The position numbers and the translations under genes are program-made. From NCBI GenBank assembly GCA_040752335.1, contig JBFMEV010000001.1, positions 31,245 to 95,244 of the forward strand: DNA of 64,000 nucleotides. The letters run 5' to 3'. Every line of letters begins with the position of its first letter. The first letter of the stretch is position 1. The notes below the pieces were generated by a model. It did not search any database. It saw only the letters and a program-made list of their open reading frames with translations, and was not told the DNA's origin. The DNA is from Chloroflexota bacterium (GTDB lineage Bacteria; Chloroflexota; Limnocylindria; Limnocylindrales; CSP1-4). Below, piece after piece: positions 7,396 to 14,503 of the stretch.

Positions 7396-7731
7396 GCGAC
7401 CGACCCATCGCGGCGCCACACCCGCCCGCCGGCGGCAACGCCCTTCAAGCGGGCGCGCTCAGCCCGCCGGCGGCGCCCATTCCCGCCGGAGATCGGGCCG
7501 GCTAATCGACGGCGCGGCCGACAAGCCGATTCCGCGCCGCGTCGGGGTCCGGCCCGCCAAGGTCGAGCGTGGCGGAAGCTCGAATCCCGGCCCGGCGAGT
7601 CCGATCCTGCGCGCTGGATTACGGGGACCGATGAGCGGCGGAGGATGGCGAGTTGACGGGGTCGACGACCAGCCCCGCCGATCTATGGCGAGAATCGGGC
7701 GGCGCGGCCGCCTGACGCGATCCCGAGCCCG

Positions 7732-8997
7732 TCAGGTGCCGACGACCACGACCCCGGACGGGAACCGGGTGAGCAGCTCCAGGCGGCCGGCCTCGGCATC
7801 GAGGATCGCGAGGTCCTCGATCCGGACGCCGACCTCGCCCTCCAGGTAGATCCCCGGCTCGATCGAGAAGACCGTGGGCGAGGGCAGCGGCGTGTCGGCG
7901 GCCCGGGGCCCGAGGGTCGGGAGCTCGTGGGTCGCCAGGCCGATCCCGTGACCCAGGCCATGACCGAAGGCTGGCCAGCGCCCGTCGGCCTCGATCACCC
8001 CGCGCGCCACGGCGTCGATCGAGCGTCCGGACGGCAGTGGCGCTCCGTGACGGGCGGCGCCTACCGCTCCTTCGAGCGCCGCGATCGCGGCGCCCTGGGA
8101 CGCCGCGACGACCTCGTATACCGCCAGGTCCCGCTCCGTCGGCTCACCGACGAACAGCGTCCGGGTCATGTCGCTCCGGTAGCCGGCGACCTGGGTCCCG
8201 AAGTCGAACAGCAGGACGGCCCCCGGGCGAACGGGTCGGGCGCCGGGCGAGCCGTGGGGCAGGGCCGCCTCGGCGCCGCCGAGGCAGGCGACGTCGAAGG
8301 CGAGGGCCTCGGCGCCGCCGGTCCGCATCCGCCATTCGAGGTCGAGGGCGAGCTCGGCCTCGGTGACGCCCGGCCGGATCGAGGGCAGGAGCGAGGCCAG
8401 CGCCCGGTCGGCGACCGCGCAGGCGGCCGCGACCCGCTCGAGCTCCTCGGGCTCTTTCGCCTGGCGGTCGGCCTCGATCCAGTCCTCGGCCGCCACCAGC
8501 TCGACGCCCGGCGCCGCCGCGGCGAGGCGATCCCAAGTCGCGTGGGGGACGAAGCCGGCCTCGACGGCCACCCGCTTGACGCCGGCCTCCGTGACGAGGT
8601 CAGGCCAGCGATCGGCCAGGGCGCGGTAGCAGTCGAAGAGCCGGGCGTCGGGCGCCTCGCGGGCCGCCTGGATCGTGTAGCGACTGTCGGCCAGGCAGAC
8701 CGTCTCGTCGAGGGTGACGAGGAATTTGCCCGAGTCACCCGCCGACACCACCTCCGTCTCGGCCAGCGCGAAGCCGGTGAGGTAGCGCATGTGCTCGCGG
8801 CGGACGCCGAAGTAGGCATCAACGCCGGCGGCTGCCATCCGTGCCCGGAGGCGCGCCAGGCGGGCGGGCCGGGCGGCCCGATCCGCCTCGTCCCAGCGTT
8901 CGAGATCTGCCCGGGTCGGTGGGGCGGCGAAGTCGGTCGGGTGGGGCCAGGCCGATTCGGTCGGGCCGGGCCTCCGGGTTCCGCGCACCGTGGTCAT
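7732..8997 (-). CDS. Xaa-Pro aminopeptidase / M24 family peptidase
   Basis: The sequence shows the creatinase/prolidase N-domain plus M24 motifs LLFDFGTQVAGYRSDMTRT, GHGLGHGIGLATHE and FSIEPGIYLEGEVGVRIED. Confidence 0.9.
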   Translation of the reverse strand: MTTVRGTRRPGPTESAWPHPTDFAAPPTRADLERWDEADRAARPARLARLRARMAAAGVDAYFGVRREHMRYLTGFALAETEVVSAGDSGKFLVTLDETVCLADSRYTIQAAREAPDARLFDCYRALADRWPDLVTEAGVKRVAVEAGFVPHATWDRLAAAAPGVELVAAEDWIEADRQAKEPEELERVAAACAVADRALASLLPSIRPGVTEAELALDLEWRMRTGGAEALAFDVACLGGAEAALPHGSPGARPVRPGAVLLFDFGTQVAGYRSDMTRTLFVGEPTERDLAVYEVVAASQGAAIAALEGAVGAARHGAPLPSGRSIDAVARGVIEADGRWPAFGHGLGHGIGLATHELPTLGPRAADTPLPSPTVFSIEPGIYLEGEVGVRIEDLAILDAEAGRLELLTRFPSGVVVVGT

Positions 8998-9012
8998 TCT
9001 CTCTTCCTGCCT

Positions 9013-10413
9013 TCATTCATAGCCGTACAGCTTGCGGTTGGCGTTGTGCTCGGCGAGGGTCTTGGCGAAGACATGAGCGCCATCGCCGTCGGGGATGGCC
9101 AGGAAGTAGAGGAGGCCATCGTCGGTGTTCGGGTTGAGCGCGGCATCGATCGAGCTGACCGTCGGGGTGCAGATGGGCCCGGGAATGAGGCCGCGGACCT
9201 GGTACGTCTGGTAGCCGACGAGATCCTCGCTCACCACGATGTCCCTGAGATTGCCCTCGGGCACGCTCCAGAAGAAGTACGTCTGCCAGTCGCCGAAGGC
9301 CAGGTCGCGGAGCTTCATCATGTCGACGGCATAGAGGACCGTGGGGTCGGCGTTGAGGATCGAGTTGGCCTCGCCCAGGCCGACGAGCCGGTTCTGGTAG
9401 ACCCCGGCGATGAACGGCCGCTCGTCATCGAGGATCGCCTCCCGCTCGACGATCGAGGCCAGGGCCAGGACCTGGTAGAAGCTCAGGCCGCGCTCCTCGG
9501 GGACCGCCAGCCGCGCCTCACCGACGGCGTCGTGGAACTTGTCGAGCATCATCCGGACGAGCGCGTCGGCAGTCGTGACCTCGAACGGGCCGCCGTTGGC
9601 CGACGTCACGACGGTGTACGTCGCCGGGTACAGGAAGCCCTCCAGGCTGGCGCCCTCGGGCAGCCCGGCCGTCGCCAGCCACGGGTAGTCGGCCAGGAGC
9701 TCCGCCGGCGGTGCGGACACCAGCTCATAGAACGCCTGCGGATCGACGCCCGAAGCGATCGTCTGGAGCTTGGCTGTGATCTGCTCCAGGCGGAGGCCCT
9801 CGCGGAACGTCACGTCGATGGTCGTGACCACGACCCGCGCCTCCACGAGGGCGGTCACCACCTCGGCCGGGATCATGTCGCGGCGCAGGATGAACAGGCC
9901 GGCCTGGAGATGGTCGGCCAGGTCCTCCTCGATGGCGGTGAACAGGAAGGCCCGCTCCGACAGGACGAAGCCGCCCTCCTGCAGTCGCGGCGCGAGCGTG
10001 GACGGCGTCTCTCCGGGCAGGACCTCGAATACGACCTCGGCCGGGTCCGTCCCGGCCGGGGTGTCGAGCAGGCCGTCCTTGTCCAGGTCCTCACGGATGA
10101 ACTCGGCGACGAATGGCAGGTTGAACGAGCTCGGGTTGTCCCACGCCCAGCCCACGATCGCCGCCCGGACGACGGGGCGCAGGGCGGTCAGGGCCGAGAC
10201 CACGACGACGACCGCCAGGATCCCGGCGAAGGCGATGAACTTCAGGAAGCCGGGCAGGCCCCGTCGCCGGCGGGGGTCGCGGAGGGGCTGACCTGGAGCC
10301 GGTCCGCCGCGGCCGTCCGTCGCCCGCCAGGTGGGCATGTCGGCGCCGTCATAGGCGCCGGGCTGCATCCGCCGGGCCTGGTCGCGTGGCCGGCCGCCGC
10401 CCCGAATGCTCAT
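9013..10413 (-). CDS. mltG: endolytic murein transglycosylase (YceG-like)
   Basis: It has an N-terminal TM (FLKFIAFAGILAVVVVVSAL) and YceG motifs EGFLYPATY, LASIVEREA, AGVYQNRL, LNADPTVLY and DGLLYFLA. Its start shares ATGA with the ruvX stop. Confidence 0.9.
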   Translation of the reverse strand: MSIRGGGRPRDQARRMQPGAYDGADMPTWRATDGRGGPAPGQPLRDPRRRRGLPGFLKFIAFAGILAVVVVVSALTALRPVVRAAIVGWAWDNPSSFNLPFVAEFIREDLDKDGLLDTPAGTDPAEVVFEVLPGETPSTLAPRLQEGGFVLSERAFLFTAIEEDLADHLQAGLFILRRDMIPAEVVTALVEARVVVTTIDVTFREGLRLEQITAKLQTIASGVDPQAFYELVSAPPAELLADYPWLATAGLPEGASLEGFLYPATYTVVTSANGGPFEVTTADALVRMMLDKFHDAVGEARLAVPEERGLSFYQVLALASIVEREAILDDERPFIAGVYQNRLVGLGEANSILNADPTVLYAVDMMKLRDLAFGDWQTYFFWSVPEGNLRDIVVSEDLVGYQTYQVRGLIPGPICTPTVSSIDAALNPNTDDGLLYFLAIPDGDGAHVFAKTLAEHNANRKLYGYE

Positions 10414-10919
10414 TCGGGGCGCCCCTCACCGGCGCCCACCGAGGTGGCAGCCGCCGCGGGGTGTGGCACGGTCGTCGCCCGGGCCGCAAGCTCGTCGGCC
10501 AGGATGATCGCGGCGGCCTCACGATCCACCCGGCCACGATACGCCTCACGCTGGCTGGCGGTCGGTGGCCCGCCCGAGCGACCCCGCGGCATCGGCCCCA
10601 GGCGCTCCTCGGCGCGGTGGCTGGACAGGCGCTCGTCACGGAGAGTGACGGGCAGCCCGAGGGTCGTCTCGAGTGCGGCGGCCCAGCGGCGGGCGGCCGC
10701 GGCCATCGTGCCCTCGGCGCCGCCGGCCTCGAGCGGCAGGCCGACGACGAGCTCGTCGATGCGCTGCTCGCGGATCACCGTCGCCAGGCGCTCGGCGTCC
10801 GACGCCGGCGTGCGCTGTCGGCGGACGGTCACCAGGGGCCGGGCGGGTTCCCGATCGATCTCGGCCACGGCCAGCCCGATTCGCCGCTCCCCGAGATCGA
10901 TGCCCAGGAGGCGGGTCAC
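10410..10919 (-). CDS. ruvX: putative pre-16S rRNA nuclease / Holliday junction resolvase-like YqgF
   Basis: The sequence reads LLGIDLGERRIGLAVAE..IDELVVGLPL..DERLSS, with a C-terminal extension. Confidence 0.9.
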   Translation of the reverse strand: MTRLLGIDLGERRIGLAVAEIDREPARPLVTVRRQRTPASDAERLATVIREQRIDELVVGLPLEAGGAEGTMAAAARRWAAALETTLGLPVTLRDERLSSHRAEERLGPMPRGRSGGPPTASQREAYRGRVDREAAAIILADELAARATTVPHPAAAATSVGAGEGRPE

Positions 10920-12652
10920 GGGATGGCTCCCGAGATCGGTCCCGTGGCGCGTGACCCGGCTGTCGCCCCGGGGCTCGCCGACGGAAGCGACGGCTCGCCG
11001 ATCGTGAGGGTGGCCCGGCCCTCGAGGCTCGGAATCGTCGTGACCCAGTCGGGCCAGACGGTGATCGTCACGTCGCCGTAGGCCTGGAGGACCGTCCGGG
11101 CCTGGGGCAGGCCAAGACCGAGGACACGGGCCAGGAGGGCCGGGCCGTCGACGATCCGGATCTCAAGCGCCGTCACCTTCACCGGGAAGGTGATGACCGA
11201 ACCGGCCACGATCGGGGTGCCGGTCGTGACGACGATCGAATCCTCGACCAGCCTGAACCCGTCGTCCACGGCGGTCCGGATCCGTGCCCGGGCGAGCGTC
11301 TCGACCGGGCCGGGGTCAACGCCGATCACGGTCCCCTGGGCGGTCAACCCCAGCTCGAACTGTTCGGCGTCGGTGCCCACGAGCGTCGCCGGGTCGACGC
11401 TCGGCGTGCCTTCGCCGAGGGCCTTTGTCTGGGCGAAGAGGGTCGTCCCCTCGGGCACACCCGCCGCGTCGGCGATCTGGCGGTCGAAGTCCTCCGCCAG
11501 GGCGGCGTCGAGGGCGGAGAGGGCGGCGTCGATGTCCGACTGCTGGACCTGCTTCGTCTCGGTGTGGCTCCCGCCGCCAGTGGCCGTCTCATTCGTGACC
11601 GTCGTCCGGCGCGGATTCTCCTCCTTGGGCACGACGACGATGGTGTTCGCGGCGACGTTGCCCGAGATGCCAAGGACCACGGCCTCGATCGCAACCTTCT
11701 CGGTCGACGGGATGACCACGAACTCACCGTCGACGATGCCGATGTCGGCGGGCGGCAGGGTGATCTCGGCGAGCGTCCGGAACTCGATGCCCGACTGGGT
11801 CTCGACGATGGCGCCCTTCTCGATCGTATTGGAGCCGCCGGTGTTGAGGCTCGAGAAGGTGACCTCCCCGGTCGCGGCCGCCTCCTCGACCCGGATGCCG
11901 GTGGTCGGGAAGGAAGTCGTCGCCGCGACATCGAAGTTGAAGCGATTTGCCGACACGAGCAGGTTGACCGGATCGGGCTGGGTGACGCCGGCTTGGGCGG
12001 TGACGTTGAGCTCGAGCGGCCCGACTGAATCGGACGCCGGGATGACGACGATCTCGGCGCTCGGCAGGAGCAGGAAGCCGGCCGTCCCGAGGACCGCCAC
12101 GAGGCCCACGATGAGCGCGACCACGGCGACGATCGGTCCGCGGCGGGGGCCCGGGCGTCGCCCGACGAAGGGCACCGGCGGACGCTGCGCGGCCGGCGGG
12201 GTGATGACCGGCATTGCCAGCGTGGGGCTGTCATCGTCCGGGAGCGGTCCGGATCGACGGCGCCCGGAGCCCGTGGCCGGCCACGTGCCGGCTCCCTCCG
12301 CCGGACCCGCCGGTGGACCGTCGCCGGCGGGCGGCGGGATCGACGCCGGCGGCCCCGGCGCATCCGGCGCTGCCGGCGGTGCCGGCGGCGCCTCGAACGC
12401 GGCCACGGACACGTGGGTCGGCAGGCCCGCCGACGCGGCCAGGGCCCGGGCCGAGGCATCGTTGGTGATGACCTCGATTCGCTTGCCCCGGGCCTCGGCC
12501 TCGCGGGCCAGGAGACGGAAGTTGATCCGCGACGTCGCGAGCCGCGAGCCGAGCGGCAGGACGAGCGCGATCCGCTCGTCCTCCAGGGCCCGGATCCGGG
12601 CCGCCGCCGAGGTGATCTCGTCGTCGACGTCGAGATAGACGATCGCGGCCAT
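10916..12652 (-). CDS. uncharacterised bitopic membrane protein (cytoplasmic N-domain, Pro-rich linker, 1 TM, large beta-rich ectodomain)
   Basis: The ORF is 578 aa with good GC3. It begins MAAIVYLDVDDEITSAAARIRALEDERIALVLPLGSRLATSRINFRLL. This is followed by a PAPPAAPDAPGPPASIPPPAG linker, the TM IVAVVALIVGLVAVLGTAGFLLL, and then about 380 aa rich in V/T/G/A. Its start lies 2 nt after the upstream gene's stop, and its stop shares GTGA with the ruvX start. Confidence 0.8.
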   Translation of the reverse strand: MAAIVYLDVDDEITSAAARIRALEDERIALVLPLGSRLATSRINFRLLAREAEARGKRIEVITNDASARALAASAGLPTHVSVAAFEAPPAPPAAPDAPGPPASIPPPAGDGPPAGPAEGAGTWPATGSGRRRSGPLPDDDSPTLAMPVITPPAAQRPPVPFVGRRPGPRRGPIVAVVALIVGLVAVLGTAGFLLLPSAEIVVIPASDSVGPLELNVTAQAGVTQPDPVNLLVSANRFNFDVAATTSFPTTGIRVEEAAATGEVTFSSLNTGGSNTIEKGAIVETQSGIEFRTLAEITLPPADIGIVDGEFVVIPSTEKVAIEAVVLGISGNVAANTIVVVPKEENPRRTTVTNETATGGGSHTETKQVQQSDIDAALSALDAALAEDFDRQIADAAGVPEGTTLFAQTKALGEGTPSVDPATLVGTDAEQFELGLTAQGTVIGVDPGPVETLARARIRTAVDDGFRLVEDSIVVTTGTPIVAGSVITFPVKVTALEIRIVDGPALLARVLGLGLPQARTVLQAYGDVTITVWPDWVTTIPSLEGRATLTIGEPSLPSASPGATAGSRATGPISGAIP

Positions 12653-12654
12653 CG

Positions 12655-13932
12655 TCAGATCCGCATCTGTTTCACGACCCGCCGCAGGGCCGCGTCGAGC
12701 GGTCCGGAGCCGGCGCCCAGCTCGATTGCCTGAAAGGCCAGGCCCATCGGCGTCACGTCCTGGGCATCCACGAGGAGCTTCGTAGCGTCGCTGATTGCCT
12801 CGACCTGGTCGGGCGCCATGACCGTCACCTCGGGCGGCCTCGAGAACGGCAGGCTCTTCGCGAAGCGCGGCTCGGCGAGGGCCTCGCGGATCTCGGGCAG
12901 GTGCGAGCCGCCGCCGCAGACGTAGATCCGGCCGGGCAGCTGATCGCCCGCCGCGAGCTCCTCCATGACCAGCTCGACACCGGCCGCCCAGACCGCCACA
13001 TCGTCGGCGACGATACCCCGGACGTCGTCGGCGCGGTCGCCGGCGATCCCCCGGGCGTAGTCGACCTTGAGCGCTTCGGCCCGCGGAAAGGGAAGCTCCA
13101 GCCGGTCGGCGATCGACTTCGTAAAGGCCCGCCCACCGAGGGCGAACATCCGGGTCCCCTCGATCCCGCCCTGCCGGACGAGGGCCACGTCGGTCGTCCC
13201 GCCACCGACGTCGATGAACAGTGCTCCGCCCTGCTTCACCTGGTCGGCGTTGAGGACGCGGGCCACGGCGTACGGCTCGGCGACGACCTCGACGAGCTCG
13301 AGATCCAGCTTCGCGGCGACGCTCTGGAGGGCGCCGAGGTGGACGAGCGGGGCGAAGGCATCGAAGATCGCGATCTTGACGTGGCGGCCCTGGAAGCCGA
13401 TCGGATTGGTCACGGCGTAGCCGTCGATCCAGGCGCCGACGACCGCGGCGTGGACCAGGCGCACGTCGACGTTGGCGAGACCGGTCTCCCAGGTGATGGA
13501 TCGTTCGGCCTCGCGGAGGGCCTCGCGCTGGACGCCCTCGATGAGCCTGCCGAGCTCGACCTCGGTGATCGGGACGTCGGCTTTCGCCCGCTGCTGCGAA
13601 TGGGCCGTCGTGAAGCCCTTGACCAGCTCGCCGGCGATGCCGATGACGACCTGGCCCGGCCGGAAGCCGGCCATCTCCTCGGCCTCCTGGAGGGCCACCG
13701 CGCAGTTGTCGACGACGGCGCTGATGTCGGCGACGGTCCCCGACTGCATGTGTGACAGCCCCTGGCGCTTGCGGCCAACGCCCATGACGCTGCCCTTGCC
13801 CGCCTCGTCGATCTCGAAGACGAGGGCCTTGGCGAACTCGGTCCCGATGTCGAGCGCCGTGCAGGCGGTGAGGGCTTCGTCCGGCCCCTCGCGCTGCCAG
13901 AGGCGCCGAAGGGCGGCGATTGGCTCAGGCAT
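12655..13932 (-). CDS. FtsA/PilM-family actin-like ATPase
   Basis: The sequence contains ALDIGTEFAKALVFEI, IAGELVKG, EPYAVARVL, FIDVGGGTTDVALV, FALGGRAFTKSIA and YVCGGGSHLPEI. The C-terminal LDAALRRVVKQMRI is possibly an amphipathic helix. Confidence 0.85.
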   Translation of the reverse strand: MPEPIAALRRLWQREGPDEALTACTALDIGTEFAKALVFEIDEAGKGSVMGVGRKRQGLSHMQSGTVADISAVVDNCAVALQEAEEMAGFRPGQVVIGIAGELVKGFTTAHSQQRAKADVPITEVELGRLIEGVQREALREAERSITWETGLANVDVRLVHAAVVGAWIDGYAVTNPIGFQGRHVKIAIFDAFAPLVHLGALQSVAAKLDLELVEVVAEPYAVARVLNADQVKQGGALFIDVGGGTTDVALVRQGGIEGTRMFALGGRAFTKSIADRLELPFPRAEALKVDYARGIAGDRADDVRGIVADDVAVWAAGVELVMEELAAGDQLPGRIYVCGGGSHLPEIREALAEPRFAKSLPFSRPPEVTVMAPDQVEAISDATKLLVDAQDVTPMGLAFQAIELGAGSGPLDAALRRVVKQMRI

Positions 13933-14503
13933 TCCAGGCCGGGATCGTGGTCCGCCCGGTGACGAGGCCGAAACCGAGGACGCCGAGGAACGTGCACGAG
14001 GCGACGAGGAGCAGAAGGCCTCCCCCGACCGAGAGCGGGTGCCGCTCGTTCCCGACGAGGAAGCCGAAGCCGATCGCGATGTAGCCGATGCCGGCGGCCA
14101 GCGCGAGCCAGCGATGCGGGCCGTCCAGGCCGTTCACGCCCATGAGCAGGGCGGCGAGGATGTACCAGACCCCAATGACCGCGCCGCCGCCGAGCACGGC
14201 AGCCTTGGTCCCCTCGTACGTCACCCGTCCCGCCGCCAGCAGGGCCTGAAGGACGGCGACGACGACCATCGCCGCGATGCCGATGGCCGCGACCGCCAGG
14301 CTCGCCGTCGTCTGGCCTTCGAGCGCAGCGATGACGATGGCGACCGGGATCATGGCGAGCAGCAGCACGACGCTCGCCGCGTCGTTGAGCTTGCCCCACG
14401 CGCCGCCACGCGCGAAGAACAGGACGAGCGTGACCGCTCCGACGATCGTGGCGCCGAGGGCAAGCAGCGCCGACCACCCGGCGAGCAGCGCTGGCGTCGT
14501 CAT
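13925..14503 (-). CDS. hypothetical polytopic (about 6 TM) membrane protein
   Basis: The product is MTTPALLAGWSALLALGATIVGAVTLVLFF..VVLLLAMIPVAIVIAAL..IGIAAMVVVAVLQALLAA..VIGVWYILAALLMGV..IGYIAIGFGFLV..LLLLVASCTFLGVLGFGLV. Its ATG overlaps the alaS stop (ATGA). Confidence 0.7.
   Translation of the reverse strand: MTTPALLAGWSALLALGATIVGAVTLVLFFARGGAWGKLNDAASVVLLLAMIPVAIVIAALEGQTTASLAVAAIGIAAMVVVAVLQALLAAGRVTYEGTKAAVLGGGAVIGVWYILAALLMGVNGLDGPHRWLALAAGIGYIAIGFGFLVGNERHPLSVGGGLLLLVASCTFLGVLGFGLVTGRTTIPAWNA

Noticed and set aside
7570-7600. The sequence gctcgaatcccggc resembles a tRNA T-loop (GTTCGAATCC).
   Set aside because: No complementary T-stem, acceptor stem or anticodon arm can be drawn on either strand, so it is not a tRNA.
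12655-13932. This gene could be called the canonical cell-division gene ftsA.
   Set aside because: No ftsZ, ftsQ or other dcw genes flank it. It is embedded between alaS and ruvX with a dedicated bitopic partner. The family assignment is kept, but the gene symbol is withheld until the rest of the genome is checked.
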